Positions 25,593 to 38,563 of a stretch of DNA of 64,000 nucleotides are shown one piece after another. The stretch's first letter is position 1, and every line of letters starts with the position of its first letter. The position numbers were made by a program, and so were the translations under genes. Source of the DNA: Saccostrea cucullata (lineage: Eukaryota). The notes under the pieces are model-generated. The model saw only the letters and a list, made by a program, of their open reading frames with translations, was not told the origin of the DNA and searched no databases. The stretch spans positions 434,001 to 498,000 of the forward strand of contig NW_026941090.1 of the NCBI RefSeq assembly GCF_032062105.1, given 5' to 3'.

Positions 25593-26702
25593 TTCTAGTA
25601 TCTTGAAGTAGTACAAAGATAAATCATACAATTATTATTCCGTGTTCGAAAAGAAACAGCATCATATACTTTCTTTTTGTGGGTTAGATCACGTCTTTGT
25701 GTACAATGTAAACTTTCAATACAAAAAATGTTCATCCTGATCGGCATTCTATACGAAAGCTTTAAAAAATGAATATGGAATGTCAATTGATTTTTGTCGA
25801 ATATAAGGTCGTGTTTTGTAGGGTTATGCTTAATAATTAAACACAATGTGGCAATTTCCTTACAGTTAAATAGCTGTTAAAAAGGATACCTGTTATTCGT
25901 TAAATAATTATTATGCAGCCATAAAACCCTACCATAGATAGTTAATATTCTTTGTATTTTTAAGTTAGCTTCCAATGTCTTTAAGATACATGTAAAAAAA
26001 ATTATGTATACTGATTGAAAATGCAGCAGTGAAATAAAGAAGATGGGCGGATAAGGCGGGCAGAATGCCTATAGCATCAGATATTAAGAAATCACATTTG
26101 GTATGTAAATTGAGTATATAAATTTACATCTCATTATTGAAATTTATGAAATTATGAGGAAAAAAAAAACATTTTCTGAGAAAAAATAAATCTCTTTAAA
26201 AATTTCATTCATAAAAATATTCCATTTGACCCCGGCAATAAAATACCGAAGTATCAGACTGACTAACGCGCTAACCACTAAGCTACATGGCTCTTGTGAA
26301 TCAGTGGCATTTAAATCATGTTTGTGATATGACCATTGACTTAATGGACTTGAAGTATTTGTTGCGAATGTTTTGTCATAAAAGTGTATTTTTAAGGTCT
26401 TCCCTCCATTTTTTTGTAAACCAAAAAATATATAAATTATCGCAAACTTTTAGGATTATCCTTCGTGGCACATTGAAAAAAATTGTTAAAGTATGAAAAA
26501 ATGATCGTTTTTGTTCTTTTAAGTCAGTGTATGCTTTTTCATAGGCAAATATTTTCAGTTTTTGTGAGATTTTTGTAAATAATAGAGATTTTACATTAAG
26601 TATACTTTAATATACGATGAGATATGACATAAAATTTGGATGTAATGTCTGATATTTCTTATAGCCCATCTTCTTTTTAATCATAGGCGAAAGATTGCCA
26701 TT

Positions 26703-29690
26703 ATGTCGGACATTGAGAATTACGAATTCTCCGTGGACTTCCAGACAGCAGCCACCAAGGAACTGGGCTTCCTTAAAACAATAGACGAATATCCTTCTCT
26801 GTATGGAGGTCCCGCCCTCAAATACGCCATTTTCAGCAGATTTGCAAAAAGTCTTTTGTTTTTGTCCTATGATAATGCTTCTCCTTCGTGGCTGATATGT
26901 TAATAAAGCTTGTTAAGAGAAGTCACGGTGGCTTGTCTACCTGAATGTTGATATTCTAGTAGGTCCATATGAATACTGCATGATTCAACTGCCAGCATTT
27001 GCAAAAAATAACTTGTTTGAATAAGCCACAGAGCAAATTAATATTTTATTGCGATCAACTTTATGTTGAATATATAATTATATTGATTAACAAATATATC
27101 TCAATTCAGCACTATAAGACGAATTTCCAATGTTCACCTATAAATGGTACATATTGTGTTTGATAATGCCCTTCAAACAGTTAAACGATCGATTTCGTTC
27201 CACACACTACGGACAGATTGTCAAAATGTCGGACGACTGAAGCGAGTAAATTTATTTATTGCTAGTATTTTTTTTTATTTAGAAAATTAGTTTATTAGGC
27301 TAAATTCCTTTGATGGAAAGTGTACACAAACTGAAGATAATTTGTTTCGATTAATTTGGTAGATACTAGTACCGATATTTTAAATTCAACTTTCTAGGTA
27401 TGAGACATTGTGGTTGCCATTCGCTGCAGAACATAAGGATCTGACTCTGACTGCCCCGCTAGACATTGCATGGGTGTGGCATTGTCATTTACTAGCCCCC
27501 GAAATGTACGTCAGCGACTGTCTGCGGACATGTAATACGGAAGTCAACCATAGCCTTACACCAACTATAGACGCCGCGGGTACAGAACAATTATGGTCAA
27601 AGAAATACCCGGATGTTAATTTCAATGTGAATCTCGTCGAAACGGGAATCAAATTACCTTCATACGAATCTCGCATCCAGTACGACTTGGAAGCCGCAGC
27701 AGAAAGACAGCAAATGTTCTACTATCAAGTCTCCTTACCTCATTATACTGATGAAAAATTTCTTCAAAATGCTATAAAGCGGTACAAGCAATTTCTAACA
27801 TTAAAACGGCTAAATCCAGAATCTTTTGTTGTTCCATGCTATGATGTGGACTTAATTTGGCATTCACATCAAGTTCACCCGGCTGGTTATAAGAAAGACA
27901 CAGAAACCCTTCTAGGAAAACTGTTTAATCACGATGACTCTGTCAATGACAGAAGAGAAGGATCAAAACTCGTTGTCTCTGACCGGGAGACACGAACGTT
28001 ATGGCGCGAAGCATTTGGAACGAACTTTTCAGAATTCGGTGCAATGTACAGAGGTAAACCATCGAAAGGCCATTTGTTTACTGTTCCCAGTGAAATCATT
28101 GAGCAGCACTGTTCCAAACATTTAGAACTTCAATTGAACAAAGCAGAAATTTTAGACTATACACCGTCTTTGAAAGATCATCAACTGATACTAAGTGCAT
28201 TGTTCAGTAATGGAGTAGCTAAAGAACTTATAACACTGAAGGAACATGTCCAAGGAGTATGGAACACATTCTCCCACAAAATACCAATGTGTGATATCGA
28301 CACAGAAAAGGTGGAATCCATCAGTGTGGAGCTTTTTAAGTACGGTGCCCTTGGAATATTAGGAACTTTAGTGGGAAGCGGAAGAATAACGTGTAAAGAA
28401 TTAATAAAGAATTGTAAAAACTTCTCATCAGACGTGTCTTCGACTGTACGTTTATCTAATGGAGAATCCATTGTTCTACACCACACAATCAAGATTACAG
28501 AATCTAGAGACTGTTCTTTGATGTTGGAAGCGGGAAATTTTGAGACGGCGATCATTCCCGAAAATAACGAAGATCCCTGGGGACTCATTCCTTTTCCGCG
28601 CCTCCCTGAAGGAGTTGACAACAGTTGTTATGTGGCAAATCACAGGTATTATAAACGTCCATAACTAAAGGTACTCTGATTATACTCCTCTGAAAATTTA
28701 TAATTAAAATCTTTTTCCCCTCAGAATACGAAACACAGACGGAGAAGTGATGTTCACAGCACGCGAAATACACAGTTTGTCACTGATGACGTCAGTAGTT
28801 CACGTGTTTTATCTCGATAAGCTGAGTGTCATCTGTCATATGATAGGTCCTGACACTCTACCAACTCCATCTCAGGTTTAAAAAATAACTTTTTTAACAT
28901 TAATGCAATCAGTGTCTTCAAAATAACCGAAAACGTTGCAAATATTTTGTGACAAAAGCCAAAAGCAATCTTGATATTTTTTTTACGAAATTACAATAGG
29001 TTCAGTCTTCTAATGAGAATCCCCCAATTACTCTCTCACCACAAGAAGGAGAACGAGCTATGATAATAAAGAATAACGAAGGAGACTGGGCTATATTAGT
29101 TGGACGCTGGACAGGGGTCAGGAAGGGTGAACCAGGAGTAATAGGTAAATTGTAAAGCAAAATAATTTTGTCATATTTTTTTCTTCAGAGGGTGATATAT
29201 ATAACTTGAGTACAATGGACTTTTTTGTATTTTAGCCACCAAACAAAATGCAGGTAGAACAGCTACAGGAAGCCCAGGTCACCTAGAGGTTATGATGTAT
29301 ACATTGCCTACAGTTGGGAAGCGTTCGAAAATGGTTTTTTACAATGAACAGTTGAGTTATGACTTCAAAGTCAAACCTGAGAGTTTTATAGCTGATTTTT
29401 CAAAATGTACTTTAAACATTTCTCCAAAAGATAGTGCTGAAAATATTGCACTAGTATTTTGCATCAATATTTTACAAGCACTTTGTAAACCACTCGGAAA
29501 TGGTGATGTAGGGATTTTAGAAACCACGTACGGCGATCAAAATAAATGGGATGATCTGCCTTTTAAAGAAAAACTTGGGAGGAGCTGGGACAAGGCTGAA
29601 TGGGGCGTAGAAGATGGGGACGGCGATGGAGGGGGAGATGGAGGGGACGGGGGAGGGTGTGGTGGGGGATGTGGAGGGTGTGGGAGTTGA
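26703..29690 (+). CDS. GRDP/DUF1399-like copy 2, about 710 aa (first coding-exon donor defective; possible pseudogene)
   Basis: Exons homologous to copy 1: 26703-26836, 27398-28645, 28725-28875, 29000-29144, 29236-29690. All exons are open, but 26837-26838 reads CA instead of GT. Confidence 0.8.
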
Positions 29691-29915
29691 GGCTGACGTC
29701 AGATTAATGCTGCAGAAGAATTGCATGCTGTTGATAATGCTTTTTGTAATTTAATGAAATAAAATATTTGACGTTTTGATATCTTTAGATATCTTAATGC
29801 TGTAGTCATGATAAAGAAACGACGAGAAATGTTCATTGTCTGAAATAAATCTTGAAACCCGTAATGATAAAATTGTATGGAAAATGTTGAACGAAAATAT
29901 TCAATACATATGTTA

Positions 29916-30970
29916 TAGGGATGTCAAATCGGTCAATTTTCAATACTCGGTTACTCGGTCGTTTTTCCGATCGAGTACCCGGGTACTCGGTAAAAGTGTA
30001 AATAAATATGAACAAGTAAATTGAAGACTGCAAAACATGGTAAACACTTGTAGAAATAAAACCAGATGCACTGATAGGAGGCTTATCCGTAATTTATTTC
30101 TATTGTAATAATGATGAGCATTTGTGTGTAGTCCACTTCGTGCCCGACGAAATTTAATATAACAATTTTTAAATTCAATTTATTTATCAATTTATTTATC
30201 AGATAAACACAAGAAATAAAATCATAAGTTGTTCACAGTGTTTTTGTTTAAAAAAAATAATCTGCTCCGTAATTGTAATGTAACTCTTTGTAGCGTTTGA
30301 CGACCAGGTATCGGTCGTCAGAGCTACGTACAGTATCAACTTGAACTTGATCAAGTTCTGCTAACAGAGCGGATTTACGATTTTAGTACACTTGTTCGAT
30401 CCGAGATTTATATAATATTACGGGACGGTATTTTGTAGTTTGATGCAACGATGGACATCAGTTTTTTTAAAGCCTTTGCCTTAAACCAGTTGTATTGGCA
30501 TGTAATCAAACAAAACCATATCAACAATCGCACGTGTAATATCATCCGCTCTTTTCCCGAGAATTTACGGCTTCTCGGACAGTTGACAAACTCATCTAAT
30601 TTATTTAATTTAAAACATAATGGATCTTAAACGATGTTCAGTGAAAACAAATCAAACAAAAATAAGGGAAGAAGGCAACCGAAGGTGAGAAAAGCCAGGT
30701 ACCCCAGGTACTTGGTCACGATAATTACTGTATAAACACTGTCACAGGCGATAACGGTCATTTAGAGTCGTAGTAAACCCTAATTACTGTATGTACAATT
30801 GCAATGAGCATTTTACGTTTTAAAACAGATTGTTTAATACATTAATAAATAAGATTAGAAATATTCAAAAATATACATCCGAGTAACCGAGTACCGATTT
30901 TAGTGTTCGATACTCGGACGTTCAGGTATTAGCGAGTACCCGGTTAACCGGGTACTCGTTGACATCCCTA
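29916..30970. mobile_element. Non-autonomous hAT element, 1055 bp
   Basis: TIR TAGGGATGTCAA / TTGACATCCCTA; perfect 8-bp TSD ATATGTTA (29908-29915, 30971-30978); subterminal tactcgg/ccgagta repeats. Confidence 0.93.
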
Positions 30971-31427
30971 ATATGTTAATAAAAGGAGTTAACACTAAAC
31001 ATGTTTATTCTCTATTTTGTAGATTGATGAGAACATTAAGAAAAGAGAATGATACGAAATAATTTGCACTTTGCCGTTTTCATGCATTTTTAAATGTTTC
31101 ATTGAAACAATGTAAATTATTTTCCTCATGGAAATAAATAACTATATATATATTATAAATGTTAGTATAATTAAAATTAAACTTAATTTACTTGTTATTA
31201 CATGTACTTAATGCACTTAAAACCAGTGTAACCTACCCATTTTCAATGTTAACTGTTCTGAAATGTCTTTTCATAAGCATTGAGAGGTTCCTTCTAGACT
31301 TTCGGATGCATCCGATACATGTATTCAAAGTTATTTAAAAAGGTCCAAATCTTCAGGGACAATAATATTCGAAGCTATTGAACACTGTGCAGTATACTTT
31401 GATTATTAAATAAAAGAATGAAATATA

Positions 31428-32930
31428 TATGGAGATGACGAACAATATTCAAGCACAAAAGTCCATTTAAAAATACAAATCGGGAGCAAACACGGACCTC
31501 TAAGGTGCAATGAAGGACTGGGCTTCCCCTGCCGTGAGGTTCTTGACAATTCAGTGTATAAATAATGGCCTAGTAATCATTATAAAAAGCTCCAGTCAGC
31601 ATCTGACTTAATGATAAACTGAACTTCTTATACGAAGTCGTTGTATCGAATATAAAACATCCGAAGTGATGACTTAAAACTTTTGATATCATTGTCTCCA
31701 GTTTGTTTGCCTCTTGTTAGAAATTGTTCAAAAGTATTGCATGCTACTGCGTATGGGTTCACTGAAAGATAAAAATTCCATATGTAGGTGATAAGAGTAT
31801 ATTGCTACATAAGTATGGGAAGTTTTTGACTGAAAAGTTGAAGTTTATCATAAAGTTTTGATGTAAGGTAACCATTGACGTCTTTTTCAAGTATAATATA
31901 AAAATATGAAACGGATGTGTCAAACTCTGTGGTATCTTATACTTCAAATTTACTTGGATATATCGAGTCCAAATATGAAATAAAGTTATTTAACTATTAT
32001 TAATTTATAATTAAATGTCGAGTTGAAGACCATAGCAAGGCAAGTTTTGTCTTCTTATGTAAAAGTTTTTGCATAAAGTTTCTGCTCCATATAATATAAA
32101 GATAGATCTGCAAATGATTGTGTGCAGTTAGTACCATGGTAATTCTAGCAGAATTGTTGGAAGATCTGATCTCTAACAACATGAAAAACTACATAGATAA
32201 ATTAACATCAACTGTCAATTAGAAACTTAATCATCTTTTTTAAATATCACCAATCATCCTCTTAATTTCAAATAGAGAACTTACTTGTGTGTACATTCAG
32301 AATATTTTTCACAAAGTAATGCAATTGATCAATGAAAAGTAAGTAAATCTACGAGTTCCATTTTTATTGAAAAAAAGCAGCTGTCTAAGATATCAAATAG
32401 CCCGGGAGTTAATTTGTCATCGGGAATGGTTGTGTAAGGTGTTGAAAGGTTATGATGTGATTGAATTTGGTTTGTGATTTCATTATTTCTTAAGGTTCCT
32501 TGGAGTATAAAATCCACTTCTGATTTACGATTTACACCAATTTTCGAATATACGGAATAAAAAAAGGATCGATGTATGGTAGAACATTTACTAGAACCCG
32601 TTTTATATCTTTCTATGAAGGATCTTTATGGAGTTTTGGAATCCAGCATCAGTACAGTAATTGAAATTCTATTTGAATGTTGGGAATATTAAAACTATTT
32701 AAAACTGACGAAAGATTTTGAAGAATTTACTCCTTATATAGAGAGCTGTGGGTATAAGTTGGATTATGAATGGAACGTGGGGGGAATATGGGTAAAGTCA
32801 ATCAGGTGCAAGATTGGAAAGTAATTTTTCTCTGCCAGAATATCACAGAGTTTGCAAAATGCATTTCAAAAGATGTCGTTATGAAGTTCAAAACTGCTAT
32901 GCAATAGAATAATAATACTGAAATAATAAT
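31428..32930 (-). mobile_element. Decayed Penelope-like retroelement (RT region and 3' end)
   Basis: Minus-strand relics LSTPYTTIPDDKL (cf. DFSTLYTTIPH), a frameshifted GIPMGTNCA-like segment near 32130-32150, and NFNFSVKNFPYLCSNILLSPTYGIFIFQ. The terminus matches the 4170 copy. Confidence 0.7.
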
Positions 32931-34560
32931 ACTTAACAATTTTCTCTTTTTTTTTTGCCCCACCCCCTTCTTTTTTTTTTTTACACAAAAAACTTTCTTT
33001 TTAATGTAATTTATTTTATTTCTTCAGTTTTATTTAATTCTGTCCGTAATTCAAGATTGGTATGGGTTAAGGTGGAATATCCCTCTGATAAGAGAGATAA
33101 CTTTCTTCATACATTTTGTCATGAATTTCATTGAATTGTCATGCCACAGTATCATTCATAAGGACCATTTTGTAGTCAACTCAGTCTAGCCTGTTCTATC
33201 GTACAGATGTTGATTTCTAGTTTCTATTACTAGTATATTTATTATTTATAATAGTTTACCTAAAACATTTATACTAAGTTCCTTTAAACGGTATAAATTT
33301 AGAAATTTCTATCTCTTAACGTAAAAGTCTTTTAATTGTACAGAAATTTCAGATGCTGAATTGTTTATAAACATTTAATTAATATTTTGTTTCAATAAAA
33401 AATATTTTCAAGGGCGATAATTCTTGTTTATGGATGGGTGTTATTCTACATGCACAGAAAACAGTTTGATATTCTGATTTAAAAAGCAACGCTTCAGTAT
33501 GTTTTCTTATGGGAATTAGATAAGTATGAGAGTAAATATTATTTTTATATATACCTCATATTTGTAATTTAATTGGGAGATAAAAAATAATTGATCTTTC
33601 TATTTACCATATCAAATTTCTTCACATCATGATTTGACATATTATTCATTTCTGAAAAAGTAAGCAACGCTTCATACTTCAAAGTATTTTCCATTTGAAT
33701 TTCATGCTATAGTTGTTGCTGAAAATCAATGTTGGGAATTAAAAAAAAAAGTCGTGAAATTTGGAGCAGAGGGATATTGCCTCTTAAATTTATGGAAAAC
33801 ATAGGGGACGAATGGACGATATTTTATGCTTAATAAATACACATACTTCTACTTGTCTATATTTCATGTAAATTACACAACTAGTACTTTTGTGGCTTCT
33901 TCCCTGATTATCAAAATAAGAAGGTAAACGCATATGTTTTTACTTAATAATTATTATGTAAAGAATTCGAAAAACACAAAAAAGTCATGTACCGTTCGAG
34001 TAGATTCGTAAAAATCACAATATTAAACATTTTCCAATTCTTCAATCGATTTGAACAAGTTAGGATGCAGCATCACATGTCATTTTTATCAAACTTGACG
34101 GACGCTATTGTTTCTATTGAGATAGATTGTGTGGCTGTGCACCTGCATTGTTTAATGAAAATCGACTAGATGATAAAACGCAAATGATAAAAACATCAAA
34201 ATCCTGACATTCTAATTCCGTTGACACAAGGGGTTCCCTGTAAAGAGACAGTGTTATTCTTGTTGAAAAATTGTCACCCAGAGACACGTTGATATTTGTA
34301 TGCTTTGCCGCTTCTACAACAGTATTGTTTCTAAGGGTATCACGGCTTTGGAATACGATATTATTTTTATTTACGGAAAAGTGTAAATAGGCCAAGGCTG
34401 TGGATTATATCTAAATAATTTATGAAGGTTAGATTTCTTTAAAATCATCAATAAAACACAGCAAAACATGTTTTGTCATAAGAAAACGTACAACATTTAA
34501 AAACACTGCATATATTTAGCGATGCAACGTTGGAATGCGTTTACCTGCGGAACCTTGAGG

Positions 34561-34568
34561 TATAAATA
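34561..34568 (+). promoter_or_regulatory. Candidate TATA box of PY-motif gene 1
   Basis: TATAAATA about 130 bp upstream of ATG 34693. Weak evidence in AT-rich DNA. Confidence 0.3.
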
Positions 34569-34692
34569 GATTATTTGTTTATATGTTTAAATATATACAG
34601 ACAACTCGTGGACTTATCTAGAACATACTGGTAACAACTGAATGGATTCTACATAGACTTGAACATTATTTTCATTATGGTGTTATCCAACA

Positions 34693-37036
34693 ATGAATGG
34701 AAATGTTACAGGTGTACCTGAAGAGAACGGTGGTACTTCAGTATTATCGGCGGGTGAGTTTATCACTTGGGAGCTATTTACCATATAAACAAAATAATAT
34801 TCCTTATATCAGATTGCAAAAATTTAATCTTATCCGTTGGACAGTTTATTTTTCTTTTAAAATATAGTCATACTATTTCTAAGTTCAATACTTAAATTTT
34901 AGAAGACCAATACAAATCTTTGGGTCATCTCTTATGTTTCCATTTTGCTATATAAATGATCATGAGTGAATTAATTGTGAATGGTCTTTGAATTCATGTT
35001 ATTTCAGGTAAATATGTATTTGCGTCAAATTTTTACAAGAAATATCATTCGGTATTGATTGCAGGTGATTCCTCGACGTTACTTGTGTCAACAACAACAA
35101 CGCTTCCATCAGTTCACCATGATATAAATTATGATCCACCCAAGCAATTTGAAAGTAAATTCTACTTTGAAAATGAAATAATTTAATAATTATACGATTG
35201 AAGGTTCAAAATATACTTAATCAGTGTATGAAGGTAGGCGTCATAATTTTTAAAATAAATTTGATGTTGTACATAATTTATATATTCTACAATCTTATAT
35301 ATACGTAGGCTTACAGTGAAAGTTGTGTCCCCTTACAGGGTATGAAGCAGAAGGGACAATTCATCTGGTGGCCGTGGTATCCAGTGTTATTGTGTTCATT
35401 GGGATGATATTTACTCTCAAATCCATTGTAAGCTTTTTAAGGGCCCCTCGACGACCCAGTAACAATACGTGTAGTACGTATGGCAATGCTTTATTCATTA
35501 TTTTTCAAGGCTTGAACAGATTTTTACAAAAGACTGTTTTGCAATTTATTCTATTTATTTATCAAAAATAATCCTCTGACCCTCTTTACCTTTCATTAAT
35601 GTTGTCAAATCGGAGGATTTTTTAGTAATCAGTTACTTGCTTACTTTTTCTCGATTGGAAGACAATTTGAGTGAATTAAGGAATCACTGTCTAATTAGGA
35701 GAGTATGCCAGGGCATCAACAATAGTGGGAAACATGGGGATAATTTGCATAACGGGCGAGGCCCGTTATGCTAAAATTATCCCATGTTTCCCACTATTGT
35801 TGATGTCCCTGGCATACTCTCCTAACTAGACAGTGATTCCTTATATTTTCATTTCATTGTTAGATAAAATGGTAGATTTAGACTTAAAAAATGTAGACAT
35901 AGACTTAAATTACACGAGGACGTCCATACCAATTTCAATAGTCCTCGCCCAATGACGTCAAACACCTAGGCAGCCGCACGAGAATTACATGCACATTTTA
36001 CCTCCTTAGCGTCAGACACAGAGACAGATGCGCACGAGATTTGCATGCATTTTAGGCCTCCTTAGCTCCTGACCTATCGACCTGCCTAATTTACATTCCG
36101 GCAGAATTATCAAGAAATAAACTCCGACAACTTTCAAAGAGTTATCGCAGAGAAAAAAAAATAGAAATGGAAATATAAAGTATGTAACATTTTCTTTGAT
36201 AATGATAGCTTAAGAATATAGTGGCTTTCAAAACAGAATTATCTGTTCAATCTGTTATCATTCTTTTTACATAAGGCAACACATTTGCAAGCATAAATCT
36301 TAAGCATTCAAATTATAATTAATGCTTTTAGTAAAATCATGAAATGATTGCAAGGAAACCTATTTCAAATTTTATTCCCACCATTGTGTTTTAATTTCCC
36401 CTTCTTTATTCTGAAATCCGTAAGACACGTGTTGCAGAGTCGTTTTTTATGCTTTGCATGATTATAAAAAGCTTGGTATTGGAAAACAAAAAGAAACATT
36501 TTCAGAAATTATATGATCCAAATTATTATGAAATGAAGAATATTACAACACGACTTCTGCTTTATCATTCAGGTGGCATTAGACCTGGTCCATCTTTTCT
36601 CAACTGGCTGGCAGACGAGCCTCCTCCCTACCCTGGTAAATATTCACGGACAAATGTGAATTATCTCCCTTCTTACGAATCTGCACTTGATATTGATCGA
36701 CGTCTGCGATGGGCACGTGATGCAGCGGAAGTGGCAAGGTCCAAGGAGGAGGAAGTGAACCAAAAGGCACTTACATCAGAAGAACTGACTAGTGATGGCG
36801 GAGATGATGTAACAGCAGTTGTATTTATTCTGGGTGGAGACTTAGAAACAAATCAAGAAAACTCAGCTAATCACGGCAGTGATAGACAGATAAACAATGT
36901 ATACCCAACACCAGATACTTCTATAGAAATTGAAAGAGAGAGAATAAATGTACTTGAAGAAAGTGATTTACAAGGGGCTACGGGAAGCCTAACACGAAAC
37001 TCTGAAGAAGATGTGGACTGTGACCGAAATTCCTAG
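34693..37036 (+). CDS. Single-pass membrane protein with PPPY/LPSY motifs, paralog 1, about 249 aa
   Basis: Exons 34693-34753, 35065-35154, 35339-35473, 36573-37036 (all phase 1; 750 nt). Starts MNGNVTG, Thr-rich stretch, TM IHLVAVVSSVIVFIGMIFTL, cytosolic DEPPPYPGKYSRTNVNYLPSYESAL. Confidence 0.8.
35677..36178 (+). mobile_element. Crypton-like element with a ~167-bp near-perfect palindrome (35677-35843) in an intron
   Basis: Arms taaggaatcactgtcta...gcataacgggc and gcccgttatgc...tagacagtgattcctta, loop gag at 35758-35760. Then tatattttcatttc with the imperfect inverse gaaatggaaatata at ~36165-36178. Confidence 0.65.
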
Positions 37037-37757
37037 TATTCAGTCTCAACTAGAACTGTGATAACTTTTAATACCCAGTGATTATCTTTATACGTCTAAA
37101 AATTTAGTTGTTGTTACATAAAGTAACGTGTATTCCAAATATGTTTACATTTATATATATATGAAATCTTCATATCAAGCCAATTTTTCTTGATTACCTG
37201 AAGTTGAGTATCTGTTTTATACATTTTTCATTCATATTGAATGAAAGTTATGATGAGTGATACATGCGTTACGGTGACTGATCTGGGTATACCAATGAAG
37301 AGAGATTATACCCATGTACTAATTTATACGTGTTCATACATCTGTTTAAATTATCAGTGATATCATACATGTATGTTGATATGATTGCTTTATTTAATCA
37401 TTTGATAAAAGTCAAAAATTCAATAGAGTTGTTTGTTTTGCACTAACTTATTCTATAATTCTAACTGTTGGTTTATAAAAAATGCAAAAAGTTTTAAACT
37501 TCAAGATGATAAACCTCAAGGAGATGGGCGTGAAAATTTTGATATATCACATTCATATTAATTTCTAAATCATAACACATTAGACAAAAATCTAACGGTG
37601 AGATTGGAAAAAAAATGTAAAACATCTCAAAAAGAATAAAGGTACTTTAACATTGGCTTTACATTTTTAAGTCAACAGTTCAAACGGTGCACATTTTTCC
37701 TTTAACAGAGAGATATACAGCTAATTCAAATTACCTTCTTAAAAAATGAATATTATA

Positions 37758-38550
37758 GATAACGGACAGTATTCAATCTCAAACGTCCATACAGCCAAGG
37801 AGCAAGGCAAACACAGACCTATAGAACATCACGGATGTGATGAGGTGCCTTCGAGGAGTGGATATCTTTTGCCGACTTGTCTCAACTTGCTAGCGCTCCT
37901 TGTCATGATAGGAAAAACGATAAAATAACCCAAAACAATTCAGTGCGTTATTCATGGCCCAACAATTAGTTAAAATAAGTCACACATCGTTTGACTTAAT
38001 GATAGATTGTATTTGGTGTCATGACTCATGGTCATTTTTTGACCATAGAGGTTGCGAAATGACTTGAGACGAGAGTGTTGATTGTCTTTCATTTAATTAT
38101 TTGTCAATACCTTACCTCGTTTTAGAAATGTTTCATACTTAGAGCATGGTCTTGAGTATCAAATCAACCGGGATACATTACTACCATATCAGGGTACCGG
38201 GTAATAAGGATATATTGCTACATTAGTAAGGGAATGCGACGATTGAAAAGTTGAAGTCATCACATTTAGCTAAAATGTAATGTTGTAATGTAACCATTAA
38301 CGTCTTTTTCTAGTAAAATATCCAAATATGAATCAGATTTGTTAGATTTTCTGGCATCTTTTATTTCAAGCTCATTTAGAAACATGAATAGACGAAACTA
38401 TTGTTAATTATTGATAAATCGCCAGTACATCTAACTGGTGAAGTTGATGGCCACAGTAAGTGTTTTCATCTTCTCATGCATGATTTTGAATAAATTATGC
38501 TTTATGTACACAAAAACAAGTTTGCTTATATAACGGGCTCAATTCAAGGT
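37758..38550 (-). mobile_element. Decayed Penelope-like element fragment
   Basis: Terminus gataacggacagtattcaatctc matches the other copies. The interior aligns by eye with 31430-32150. Confidence 0.6.
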
Positions 38551-38563
38551 CAACACCAGCTAC

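Noticed and set aside
26258-26290. tRNA/SINE head fragment on the minus strand (similar trace near 61240-61295)
   Set aside because: Too short and degenerate to delimit or classify.
18916-28621. Antisense ORFs conserved in both GRDP copies (18916-19362, 28181-28621)
   Set aside because: Their conservation is explained by the sense-strand duplication; there is no separate evidence.
5701-29690. Osmotic-stress gene cluster (PYCR proline synthesis plus GRDP)
   Set aside because: Only adjacency supports it. CMC1 intervenes and no shared regulatory element is visible.
20982-29696. Selenocysteine read-through of the TGA stops after the Cys/Gly tails (TGA-AGT-TAG; TGA-GGC-TGA)
   Set aside because: The downstream codons are not conserved between paralogs and I could not identify a SECIS. 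A SECIS search would be needed to revive the idea.
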